Assembly (NCBI GenBank): GCA_036567205.1
Contig: DATCVA010000035.1
Location: forward strand, 1-42,375
Source of the DNA: Eoetvoesiella sp.
Lineage (GTDB): Bacteria > Pseudomonadota > Gammaproteobacteria > Burkholderiales > Burkholderiaceae_B
Reading direction: 5' to 3'
Length of the DNA stretch: 42,375 nt
The stretch's first letter is position 1, and every line of letters starts with the position of its first letter. A model generated the notes under the pieces. That model was not told the origin of the DNA, did no database searches, and saw only the letters and a program-made list of their open reading frames with translations. Shown in pieces: positions 1 through 8,546 of the stretch. Made by a program: the position numbers and the translations under genes.

Positions 1-173
1 AAGTCGGCAGAGTCACTCATGACGCGATCAAAACTCCCAGAAACAATGGAATCCATTCCCTCAAACTGGGAGATATTGTACAGTCAAATCGCCGTATTCG
101 GTAGATAAATCAATGGGTTGAAGGATTTGCAGGGCCGACTATGTGGGACAAACACCCACATACTAAGCCAAGC

Positions 174-380
174 TTACAAAGGGCGAATCTCGGAAGCTTG
201 CGGACCTTTAGGGCCGTCTTTTAATTCAAACTCCACTTCCTGGCCTTCGTTAAGGCTGCGATACCCGCGTCCTTCAATTGCCGAAAAGTGAGCGAACACG
301 TCGGTGCCGCCTGCGTCAGGAGTAATAAAGCCGAAACCCTTATCGGCGTTAAACCATTTAACTTTGCCCTTTTGAGCCAT
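174..380 (-). CDS. Cold-shock protein, CspA family (68 aa)
   Basis: ORF 174..407 contains [22 protein letters not shown]...VFAHFSAI, the cold-shock domain RNP motifs. The internal ATG at 380 is preferred over the TTG at 407. Confidence 0.9.
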   Translation of the reverse strand: MAQKGKVKWFNADKGFGFITPDAGGTDVFAHFSAIEGRGYRSLNEGQEVEFELKDGPKGPQASEIRPL

Positions 381-728
381 GATGTGTAGCGTCCTAAAAA
401 TAAACAAAAGTGCAATGAATCAAGGACGCCAACACGAACTAGACTACGCTGAACCTTAGGCTTTAATACATAATGATTGAACCCTAAAGCAACTGGCTTA
501 CTAACTACGGGACTTGCGTACAGCTTGAATTCAACTGCAGACGTGCAGCATAACCATGCTAATCAGCTTTTTCAAATAGTTGTTTTCCCCGATGTGGTAT
601 TTTTCCCTCAATCCCTTAGCGGCCTTTGGGACTAACCCTTATTCACTGCGTTTTTCCTATTCGATCAGCCAAAATAAGGTTTTGCCCACTCCGGCTTTGC
701 CCACTTCTTTACTTCGGCGCGCAACATA

Positions 729-1898
729 ATGAACTTTCAATCCAAATTACCCAACGTCGGCACCACCATCTTTACAGTAATGAGCCAGTTGGCAACCGAA
801 CACAGTGCAATCAATCTAGGCCAGGGCTTTCCCGACTTCAATCCTGCCCCCGAATTGCTCGATTATGTAACGCAAGCCATGCGCGACGGACATAATCAAT
901 ATCCGCCCATGCCAGGCATAGGCTTGCTACGCGAAGAAATAGCCCGGAAGGTTAAAAACTTGTATGGGCACTCTTATGATGCCGACAGTGAAATTACGGT
1001 CACCAGCGGCGCTACAGAGGCCTTAATGGCCAGCATCATGGCCTTCGTTAAGGCGGGCGACGAAGTAATCGTGATTGAGCCGTTTTACGATCTTTACATT
1101 CCCGCTATCAAGCTGGCGGGCGGCGTACCCGTTATTGTCCCTATGCGCGCACCCACTGAAAGCCAGCCGCTTTATCAAATCGATTGGCAACAAGTACGTG
1201 CGGCAATCACAATAAAAACCCGGCTGATTATGTTGAATTATCCACATAACCCGACCGGAGTCGTACTGGAAGAAAGCGACCTGGACGCCCTGGAGTCTAT
1301 TGTGAACGACACCGGTGTCATGCTGTTATCCGACGAGGTATACGAACACATTATTTTTGATGGCAAAAAACACCATAGCCTGGCCGGGCGTGCAGCCCTG
1401 GCCGCTCGTTCCATTGTTATATCGTCATTCGGAAAAACGTATCACACCACCGGCTGGAAAGTAGGTTATTTCTGCGCTCCCAAATCTATTTCCGCCGAAA
1501 TTCGTAAAGTGCACCAGTTTATGGTTTTTACGGTTAGTTCGCCCATGCAATTCGCGCTGGCTCAATACCTTAAAAATCCCAAGCCTTATCTTGAACTAGC
1601 AGCTTTCTACCAGACCAAACGAGATCGTCTTAGCGAAGCACTAAAACGAACCCGCTTTAAACCTTTGCCAAGCCAGGGAACGTTTTTTTTACTCGCCGAC
1701 TACAGCGCTATTTCAAATAAACCGGAAGCCGATTTCGCGCACTGGCTAACCGTTGAGCATGGCGTCACGGTGATACCCATGTCGGCATTTTATGAAGACC
1801 CCACAGCTAAGGAATCCAACCACAACCTTGTCCGGTTCTGCTTTGCCAAACAGGACCATACCCTGGACAGCGCAGCCGAAAAACTGTCCAGGATCTAA
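729..1898 (+). CDS. ybdL: PLP-dependent class I aminotransferase, YbdL/methionine aminotransferase-like
   Basis: 389 aa. SKLPNVGTTIFTVMSQLA..INLGQGFPDF at the N-terminus and the PLP-lysine motif SSFGKTYHTTGWKVGY closely resemble E. coli YbdL as I remember it. Confidence 0.85.
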   Translation: MNFQSKLPNVGTTIFTVMSQLATEHSAINLGQGFPDFNPAPELLDYVTQAMRDGHNQYPPMPGIGLLREEIARKVKNLYGHSYDADSEITVTSGATEALMASIMAFVKAGDEVIVIEPFYDLYIPAIKLAGGVPVIVPMRAPTESQPLYQIDWQQVRAAITIKTRLIMLNYPHNPTGVVLEESDLDALESIVNDTGVMLLSDEVYEHIIFDGKKHHSLAGRAALAARSIVISSFGKTYHTTGWKVGYFCAPKSISAEIRKVHQFMVFTVSSPMQFALAQYLKNPKPYLELAAFYQTKRDRLSEALKRTRFKPLPSQGTFFLLADYSAISNKPEADFAHWLTVEHGVTVIPMSAFYEDPTAKESNHNLVRFCFAKQDHTLDSAAEKLSRI

Positions 1899-1962
1899 CC
1901 CGCTGCAACGGGCCCAACGACTGTTTAAATATCGACACGTTCAGCGCAGCCCGATATCCAGC

Positions 1963-1994
1963 AAAAAGGGCGGCCAATGCGGTCCGCCCTTTTT
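1963..1994. terminator. Bidirectional rho-independent terminator between the convergent aminotransferase and tctA genes
   Basis: Perfect 11-nt arms AAAAAGGGCGG (1963-1973) and CCGCCCTTTTT (1984-1994), with an A-run and T-run on either side. Confidence 0.75.
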
Positions 1995-2044
1995 ACTAGC
2001 AAGTGTAATTTAAGCACTTGTTCCAATGTTATATCGCTACCGCA

Positions 2045-3583
2045 TCAAACTACATCGCCCGGGCTTGTTAACGACAGTGCCTTCTTCTTTTTAAAATAGC
2101 GAAGCAGGGGAGGAACGACAACGATAAAGATCGATACGATCCACAGGCCTTTGGAAATATTGCTGTCAAATAACACGTGAAGCTCGCCGTTAGTGATAGA
2201 TAACGCACGGCGCAGATTCTGCTCCATCATATCGCCCAGCACCACCCCCAGCACCAGAGGCGCCATCGGTAAACCTCCTTTACGCATAAAGTATCCGATA
2301 GCGCCTATGCCCACTACCATCATCAAATCGAATGTCCCCGCATTGATTGCATACACGCCAATGTAGCTGATACACAAAATACCCGGAACCATAAGCCAAC
2401 CCGGTACAGAAAGAACTTTGGAAAAAATCCTGACCATGGGCACGTTCATGCAAAACAACATAATGTTGGCAATGAAGATCGATGCAACCAAGCCCCAAAC
2501 CAATTCCGGCTTGGTATCGAACAGAACTGGCCCTGGTGTAATGTTGTAAAGCGTCAGCGCACCCATCATGACTGCGGTGGTACCGGACCCTGGCACGCCT
2601 AGTGTCAGCATCGGTATGAATGAGCCAATTGCCGACGACGTAGCCGCTGCTTCCGGGGCAACCAGGCCGCGCAAATCACCCTTGCCGAACTTCGCATCAG
2701 GATCTTTCGCTTCACATATCCGTTTTTCATTCGAATAGGCTACTGCGGCTGCAACACTGGCGCCGGCGCCGGGCAATACACCCACACCGAACCCAAGAAA
2801 CGCGCTTCGAACAACGCTCCACCAGGTGTATGCCATTTCCTTTAGATTGAAAATTTTACGTCCGCTCGACTCGACCTCGACAGTTTGTCCCGCCATGACT
2901 TTTTCAAGCATTTCAAGCATTTCAGCAACAGCGAAAAGGGCGATCACGACAATCACGAACTCAATACCATCGAACAAGTGCACAGAATCGAATGTATAGC
3001 GATAAACGCCAGAGTTGGAGTCTACCCCTACGGTTGCAATAGCAAGGCCTATCATGGACGCCAAAACGCCTTTAACGGGCTCTTTACCCAACAAGCTGGT
3101 CAAGCACACAAACGCAAAAATCATCAAAACAAAATATTCGGCCGGACCGAACGCCAAAGCCCATTTAGCCAAAAGAGGGGCCAAAACAATAATCCCGAAT
3201 ACCGCGACTACCGACCCGCAAAAGGCAGACCAGGCAGACAATGACAATGCAACATTGGCCAAACCTTGCCGTGCCAAAGGATAGCCATCAAGCGTAGTCA
3301 TAATGGCGCTGGCTTCGCCAGGTACATTAATCAAGATGGATGTAATCCGCCCACCGTATTCGGCCCCCACATACACTGCTGCCAGCAAAATAAGTGCTGT
3401 CTCGGGCGGCAAGTTCATGGCAAACGCAATGGGAATTAACATGGCCACGCCATTAATCGGCCCCAGGCCTGGCAAAACTCCCACCATTGTGCCGATAAAC
3501 GAGCCAATTGCAGCAACCAACAGATTTTGCCAGGATGCAGCGACGTTAAACCCGATTTCCAGGTGGCTTAGAATTTCATTCAT
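2045..3583 (-). CDS. tctA: Tripartite tricarboxylate transporter, large permease TctA
   Basis: 512-aa polytopic membrane protein with TctA-family appearance. It overlaps tctB by 4 nt and is last in a tctC-tctB-tctA array. Confidence 0.9.
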   Translation of the reverse strand: MNEILSHLEIGFNVAASWQNLLVAAIGSFIGTMVGVLPGLGPINGVAMLIPIAFAMNLPPETALILLAAVYVGAEYGGRITSILINVPGEASAIMTTLDGYPLARQGLANVALSLSAWSAFCGSVVAVFGIIVLAPLLAKWALAFGPAEYFVLMIFAFVCLTSLLGKEPVKGVLASMIGLAIATVGVDSNSGVYRYTFDSVHLFDGIEFVIVVIALFAVAEMLEMLEKVMAGQTVEVESSGRKIFNLKEMAYTWWSVVRSAFLGFGVGVLPGAGASVAAAVAYSNEKRICEAKDPDAKFGKGDLRGLVAPEAAATSSAIGSFIPMLTLGVPGSGTTAVMMGALTLYNITPGPVLFDTKPELVWGLVASIFIANIMLFCMNVPMVRIFSKVLSVPGWLMVPGILCISYIGVYAINAGTFDLMMVVGIGAIGYFMRKGGLPMAPLVLGVVLGDMMEQNLRRALSITNGELHVLFDSNISKGLWIVSIFIVVVPPLLRYFKKKKALSLTSPGDVV

Positions 3584-4017
3584 ACGAATTCTCTCAAGAT
3601 ACCAAGTGGCAACACCACATCTAAAATCCGGTCAAACAATATGAAGAAGAACACGCTCATTACCAGACCGCCGATCAACACCTTTATCCACTTGCCACTA
3701 AAGAGCCGGCCAACAAACACGGTCATCAACGTCGTAGCAACAATAAATCCCAACATTTGAAAGAAATAGGCATAGGCGGCACAAACACCCACCATTACCG
3801 TAATCCGCCCCGTAGCACCAGGCGGATTGGGTTCCGACGGATTACCACCTTTATAAGTAAGCCAAAGACCGCACATAGCAATAATGGCCGCGATCAACAA
3901 AGGAAACGCACGCGGTCCAACCGGCTCGTAAGAAAATGGGGCTTCGATATCCCAGCCCAACCACACCATTAGGGCGGCAAAAACAAGCGCGCAAACGCCT
4001 AATATTCGATCATTCAT
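3580..4017 (-). CDS. tctB: Tripartite tricarboxylate transporter, small membrane subunit TctB
   Basis: About 145-aa hydrophobic protein between tctC and tctA. The ATG at 4017 (MNDRILGVCALVF) is preferred over the upstream GTG at 4065. Confidence 0.8.
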   Translation of the reverse strand: MNDRILGVCALVFAALMVWLGWDIEAPFSYEPVGPRAFPLLIAAIIAMCGLWLTYKGGNPSEPNPPGATGRITVMVGVCAAYAYFFQMLGFIVATTLMTVFVGRLFSGKWIKVLIGGLVMSVFFFILFDRILDVVLPLGILREFV

Positions 4018-4198
4018 AATATGAAGTTCCGACCAAGAGTCGTGATACAAAAGGAATCCGCGCACAGTCTTTGATATTAAGTTCTTGGTTCAAAACTAAA
4101 ACCGTGTTGCGCGGATTGGCTGGATTAGCAAGAAAGCTGATGATTGTTTCAATAACAAACGCGACAGCGCTTGTCAGTTAACCCAGCCTTAATACAGC

Positions 4199-5197
4199 TT
4201 ATTTTTTCATTAAGCCAAATGAATCAGCCAGTTCTTTGTAGAACTCAACGCGTTCTTTGACATAAGTGTCCAGCTCGGCGCCCGTTTTATTGAACGGGAA
4301 CAACCCTTGCTGTTTCTGTAATGCTGCGAACTTAGGGCTGGCCTGGGTGTTGTCAAATGCCTTGACCCACCAGTTGTATTGCTCGTCAGTGACTTTGGGC
4401 CCTACATAGAAACCACGGATAATAGGCCAGTCAATGTTATATCCTTGTTCTTTAGCAGTTGGAATATCGGCAAGCTTGCCAGGCAAGCGTTCGGTATTAA
4501 ACACAGCTAGCAAGCGAATCGGTGCGCCACCTTCAAGCATGGTGAACGCTTCCGCGGCGTCGCCCATATAAGCCTGAATATGTCCACCGCGTAACGCGGT
4601 TATAGCCTCGCCGCCGCCCTCAAATGCCACGAAACGCATTCTTTTGTAATCGACTCCGGCCGCTTTAGCAGTTAGTGCTGCTTTCATCCAGTCTTGACTG
4701 CCCACCGTGCCACCAGCGGCTAAAACGATTTTGCTCGGATTTTCCTTAAAAGCATCCATTAGCTCTTTAAGACTTTTATAGGGAGAGTCGTCGCGTACGA
4801 TAACAACGCCATAGTCAGCGCCAATGCCCGACAGCCAGCGCACGTCATTCACGTTGTATTTGCCAAATTTTCCCTGGGCCAGGTTCAATAACGAGCCACC
4901 CGAAAAAGCAATAATGGCGCCAGGTTCAGCTGGTTTTTGTGCAACAACATGGTTATAAGCTACAGCGCCAATACCACCGGGCATATAAACAATACGCATC
5001 GGCTCTTTAAGCTGCCCGGCTTGTTTCAAGGCTTCTTGCGCCAATCGGCATGTAAGATCAAAACCACCGCCGGGTTGGGCTGGAGCAATACATTCCGGAC
5101 GGCGGGGTTCTTCGGCAGCGGCGGTCGACATCGCCATCAAGGAACTTGCACTAAGCAAAACTCCGGCTATCAAGCCAGGAACAAGGGATTTTTTCAT
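4199..5197 (-). CDS. tctC: Tripartite tricarboxylate transporter periplasmic receptor TctC (Bug family)
   Basis: Signal peptide MKKSLVPGLIAGVLLSASSLMAMSTAAA, a Bug/TctC-like body, and GGAG 6 nt upstream of the ATG at 5197. The ORF track extends to 5275. Confidence 0.88.
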   Translation of the reverse strand: MKKSLVPGLIAGVLLSASSLMAMSTAAAEEPRRPECIAPAQPGGGFDLTCRLAQEALKQAGQLKEPMRIVYMPGGIGAVAYNHVVAQKPAEPGAIIAFSGGSLLNLAQGKFGKYNVNDVRWLSGIGADYGVVIVRDDSPYKSLKELMDAFKENPSKIVLAAGGTVGSQDWMKAALTAKAAGVDYKRMRFVAFEGGGEAITALRGGHIQAYMGDAAEAFTMLEGGAPIRLLAVFNTERLPGKLADIPTAKEQGYNIDWPIIRGFYVGPKVTDEQYNWWVKAFDNTQASPKFAALQKQQGLFPFNKTGAELDTYVKERVEFYKELADSFGLMKK

Positions 5198-5316
5198 TGT
5201 CATCTCCGATAAGAACATATACAGGTTGATACCCGTCTTTTTATTGCCTAAGCTTGGCAAGTTCATACCGTACAAAAATTAGCTTTCCAAACCCTTTCAA
5301 CTTGCTTGTTTTTTAT

Positions 5317-6756
5317 TTAAACCCTTGCTTTATCAGCAAAATCTAGGGTAAATACCAGTGTAGCCCGGCACCCTTTTTGATCATTCAGCGTTTCCAGGGT
5401 GAACTCTCCTTGATGCTGCTTCATAATGGTTCTGACAATCGCCAGCCCCAAGCCCGCTCCTGTTGTATTTTTGCCTGCTGCCCCTCGTCGAAACCGGATG
5501 CCCGCTTTTTCAATGTCGGCAGGAGTCATGCCCGGACCATTATCTTCAACAATCAAATAAGCATTTGTGCCTTGCTTGTATGACCTCAACGTAACAATAC
5601 CGCCTACAGGCGTATAACGAATTGCGTTATCCACCAAATTAATAATGGCCTCGCGTATTAACCATTCGAAGCCGTCTATGCGAACAGGCAAGTCCGGACC
5701 TTCAAAACCAAAATCCAGTTGCTTGGTACGTGCAACCGGATACATATCCTTCAATATGCCGTGTGCCAGCGCCGTTAAATCTATTTTCTCCAGACTTTGA
5801 GTCATTTCCAATGGAGAGCCTTCCCTGGCTCGAGCCAGGGACAACATTTGATTGGTAGTGCGAACCGCCCGATCCAACCCCTCGCGCATTGCCTGCAACG
5901 CCGAGTGAATTTCCTCAGGATCGTCTTCCCGCAAGGCATAACCCAATTGGGCTCGCAATACTGAAAAAGGCGTACGCAATTGGTGAGAGGCATCATTCAA
6001 AAACTGGCGTTGCATTCGTGCCTGTTTTGCATAACGCGCCATATGGCTGTTGACGGCAGCCACCAAAGGCTGAACTTCAGATGGTATGTCTTTATCCTCT
6101 ACCGGCCGCAAATCGTCAAAACGCCGTCCCGCAAGGTCGTTATGTAAACGCGTTAGCGGCCGGACAGCAAAAAGTACGCCAAGCACAACGATCAAAATAA
6201 CCAGTCCCACTACAACGACGTCACGCTCTATGGAACGCAGCAACATCGAATGAATAAATTGTTCACGCGTATCGAAATCTTCGGCCACTTGAACAATTAC
6301 ACGACCGCCAATCTCTTTGTTCAAAGGAGGATTCATGGGCCGCGCCAGTGCAGCAATACGAATGGATTGCCCAAGATAAATCGCGTTATAAAACTGCGGT
6401 ACCCCTGAAATTAGCGGAGCGCTTGGCAATGGAAGTTCCTGATTGCCAATTTCAGCCAGTCCGTCTTCAGTCAAGACCCGAAAATAAACACGTTCATTGG
6501 CCGTCAGTTCAAAAAACTCAAGCAGAAGATACGGTTGTTCAAGTGATAAACCACCGCTGGCTGTGGAAATATTATGGTCAATCGAGCGCAGCGCTCCGGC
6601 CAATGAACGATCGTAGGCAATATTGACTTGTGTACGTAGCTGATGGTTTGAAATCCATAAAGCAATTACCAAAATAACAATAAGGGCCGGGATTATGGAC
6701 CACAATAAGATCGATTTCAGACTGCTTGACCAAGAGTAAAAACGCCTAATTTTCAC
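5317..6756 (-). CDS. tctE: Sensor histidine kinase TctE
   Basis: 479 aa with two TM segments, H-box SHQLRTPFSVL and an ATPase domain (DNAIRYT, GLGLAIV). It overlaps tctD by 11 nt. Confidence 0.88.
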   Translation of the reverse strand: MKIRRFYSWSSSLKSILLWSIIPALIVILVIALWISNHQLRTQVNIAYDRSLAGALRSIDHNISTASGGLSLEQPYLLLEFFELTANERVYFRVLTEDGLAEIGNQELPLPSAPLISGVPQFYNAIYLGQSIRIAALARPMNPPLNKEIGGRVIVQVAEDFDTREQFIHSMLLRSIERDVVVVGLVILIVVLGVLFAVRPLTRLHNDLAGRRFDDLRPVEDKDIPSEVQPLVAAVNSHMARYAKQARMQRQFLNDASHQLRTPFSVLRAQLGYALREDDPEEIHSALQAMREGLDRAVRTTNQMLSLARAREGSPLEMTQSLEKIDLTALAHGILKDMYPVARTKQLDFGFEGPDLPVRIDGFEWLIREAIINLVDNAIRYTPVGGIVTLRSYKQGTNAYLIVEDNGPGMTPADIEKAGIRFRRGAAGKNTTGAGLGLAIVRTIMKQHQGEFTLETLNDQKGCRATLVFTLDFADKARV

Positions 6757-7423
6757 TCATTGGCTCCAAACAATAGCCCATCCCCCTTAAGGTAACAATT
6801 TGGGTGCCGGTATCGACCAGTTTTTTACGAAGTCGATGCACAAGGACTTCGATGGCTTCAAGGTTTATATCTTTATCGTCAGAGTTGATTCGGTCCAGAA
6901 TTTGCTGCTTGGCAATCGGCTCGCCGCTTTTCTGGATAAGTACTTTTAAAACGGCATATTCTTTTGGGGATAAAGCCAATGGCTGCCCATCAACCAAAAA
7001 CCGTTGGGCAGCTGTGTCCAGGCTAAGAGCTCCCAAGGCTAATCGCGGATGTTCACGTCCACGGCTACGTCGTATTAATGCAATTAATCGTGCTTCCAGC
7101 TCTTCGACAACAAACGGTTTAGCAACAAAATCATCAGCCCCTTCATGTAAAGAATCGACTCGTTCCGATAATGAATCGCGAGCAGTTAAAACTAGTACCG
7201 GCGTTCGGTCATCACGTGCCCGTAGCCGGGTTAAAAACGTGTGTCCATTCATTCCAGGTAATCCTAAGTCCAAAATAACAGCATCGAATTCTTCAACTGC
7301 CAGTCGTCGTTCGGCAAGTTCGGCATCATCGGCCCAATCAACAATAAATCCACCATGACGTGCCAAGCTTCTTGATAGCCAATGGGCAAGTTCAATTTCA
7401 TCTTCAATCAGCAGTATACGCAT
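6746..7423 (-). CDS. tctD: OmpR-family response regulator TctD
   Basis: 225 aa. Receiver domain (MRILLIEDE...DLGLPGMNG) plus a winged-helix C-terminus (VHRLRKKL..TLRGMGY), directly upstream of tctE. Confidence 0.9.
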   Translation of the reverse strand: MRILLIEDEIELAHWLSRSLARHGGFIVDWADDAELAERRLAVEEFDAVILDLGLPGMNGHTFLTRLRARDDRTPVLVLTARDSLSERVDSLHEGADDFVAKPFVVEELEARLIALIRRSRGREHPRLALGALSLDTAAQRFLVDGQPLALSPKEYAVLKVLIQKSGEPIAKQQILDRINSDDKDINLEAIEVLVHRLRKKLVDTGTQIVTLRGMGYCLEPMSEN

Positions 7424-7515
7424 AGAAGGAGGAGCCTTGTTTGGGTGACTAAGAAGGAAATGTTTTATCTTTTCTTTCTTATCTTTATATATAAAGACTA
7501 ATAATAATGGGTGTC

Positions 7516-7524
7516 TGTGGATAA
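7516..7524 (-). promoter_or_regulatory. DnaA box, perfect 9/9 (TGTGGATAA on the + strand)
   Basis: Exact match to the reverse complement of TTATCCACA, immediately downstream of the AT-rich tract at about 7460-7510. Confidence 0.6.
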
Positions 7525-7695
7525 CTGGGACAACCTTTAATTACCTAATCATTTCATAGGATTAGGCAACTTTTTAAAACATCATAAGTTCTGTTTTTTT
7601 GAAGGATGAATTCTGGACAACTTTTAGGTTTGTTCTGAAAGTAGTAGTTGTACTTTATCAATCCACAAGCTGTGCACAACCTGCTTGCTTAGTAG

Positions 7696-7704
7696 TTATC
7701 CACA
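7696..7704 (+). promoter_or_regulatory. DnaA box, perfect 9/9 (TTATCCACA)
   Basis: Exact consensus, inverted relative to the box at 7516-7524, with a start-to-start offset of 180 bp. Confidence 0.6.
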
Positions 7705-8276
7705 GGTGGAAATATTGTAACTAACTGAAAGGCTGACGCGTAAATTTATTGAAGCTTGAGTTTTGGCAGCGAGTTGCACAGCAGCGGGGCTGAATCACAC
7801 CCTGAAATCGAAAATACTTTCAAAAAAGAGTTATTAGAAATGATCGAAAAAGCACGCTAGAACCCTTTAGAAGGGCAAGGAACAGATTTTTAGCCGTGTG
7901 GCGGCAGGATGGGCTTGGTTTCGACTTCAAAAGGTCGGAAATCGCTTGAATCGTTCTGCTGCGGTTTTGTTATGACTACTCGGAAAAAATTCTGTAATTT
8001 TCTTTTATGGGGTAGATAAGGAAAGTTTTGAACGAGTTTTTACGTTGCATGTATCTACAGATTCGTAAAGTTTGAGCCTGGCATCTATCTTGAATACAGG
8101 CGTTTGCTTCCTGTTCAATTTGTTTAACGCTTCCCTAGCAATTTTCTTGTAAGAAAAATTAATTTCGAGCTACTTGAATCGTTCAACAGAAGTATGGGCC
8201 AAGTTTGTTTTTAGCCGTTACTGCTTTATGTTGTTTATCTTTATTATATATATAAAGACTAATAATAATGGGTGTC

Positions 8277-8285
8277 TGTGGATAA
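8277..8285 (-). promoter_or_regulatory. DnaA box, perfect 9/9 (TGTGGATAA on the + strand)
   Basis: Exact match, preceded by the AT-rich tract at 8235-8270. Confidence 0.6.
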
Positions 8286-8456
8286 GTGGCATAAGTACCA
8301 ATAGTTCAATCTTTTCATAAACTTAAAACAGTTTTTTTGCCGGCATAAACTCTGTTTTTAAGAAGGATGGATTCTGTACAACTTTTAGCTATGGAACAAA
8401 CCTCTGACTTGTCCTTGTTTGTTCCACAGCCTGTGCACAATGCCGCTTCATAGTAG

Positions 8457-8465
8457 TTATCCACC
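8457..8465 (+). promoter_or_regulatory. DnaA box, 8/9 (TTATCCACC)
   Basis: One mismatch at the last position, 180 bp from the box at 8277. Confidence 0.45.
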
Positions 8466-8472
8466 GCTCAAT

Positions 8473-8521
8473 AACGTTAAAAAGCCACCCTATACCAATA
8501 GAAAGGATGGCTTTTAACGTT
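8473..8521 (-). terminator. Hairpin/terminator downstream of the metallophosphoesterase gene
   Basis: Long inverted repeat AACGTTAAAAAGCCA (8473-8487) / TGGCTTTTAACGTT (8508-8521). On the minus strand a GC core stem is followed by TTTTT. Confidence 0.55.
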
Positions 8522-8546
8522 TACAGGTATCCAAAACAGCAGGGTT

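Larger units (their letters stand above)
7479..7704 (+). repeat. oriC-like module A (AT-rich tract, TGTGGATAA, conserved blocks, TTATCCACA)
   Basis: Aligns without gaps to 8247-8465 at a +761 bp offset. My hand count is 154/219 identical, including a 39-bp identical block at 7486-7524. Confidence 0.9.
8235..8465 (+). repeat. oriC-like module B (second copy of module A)
   Basis: Same order and spacing of all conserved blocks as module A. The 39-bp identical block is at 8247-8285, and the right-hand box is degenerate (TTATCCACC). Confidence 0.9.
7424..8546. other. ORF-free AT-rich region; candidate chromosomal replication origin (oriC) or DnaA-binding regulatory locus
   Basis: 1123 bp with no ORF of 60 aa or more in six frames. 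It has three perfect and one 8/9 DnaA boxes, AT-rich tracts next to the boxes, and two collinear oriC-like modules. Confidence 0.45.

Noticed and set aside
1-20. Possible start of a minus-strand gene (the reverse complement reads ATGAGTGACTCTGCCGACTT) running off the left edge.
   Set aside because: Only six codons are visible, so it cannot be supported or identified.
626-895. 89-aa plus-strand ORF starting with TTG and overlapping the aminotransferase start.
   Set aside because: It is out of frame with a strongly supported aminotransferase gene, and the product has no protein-like features.
6804-7358. 184-aa ORF on the plus strand inside tctD.
   Set aside because: It is antisense to an unambiguous OmpR-type response regulator. 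The product is Ser/Arg-rich and low in complexity, typical of a shadow ORF.
7424-8546. Whether the repeated modules are a CRISPR array, an IS element or MITE pair, or a prophage att duplication.
   Set aside because: There are only two copies, each about 230 bp long and 70 percent identical. There are no short regular spacers, no cas, transposase or integrase gene in or beside the gap, no terminal inverted repeats, and the copies are direct rather than flanking any cargo.
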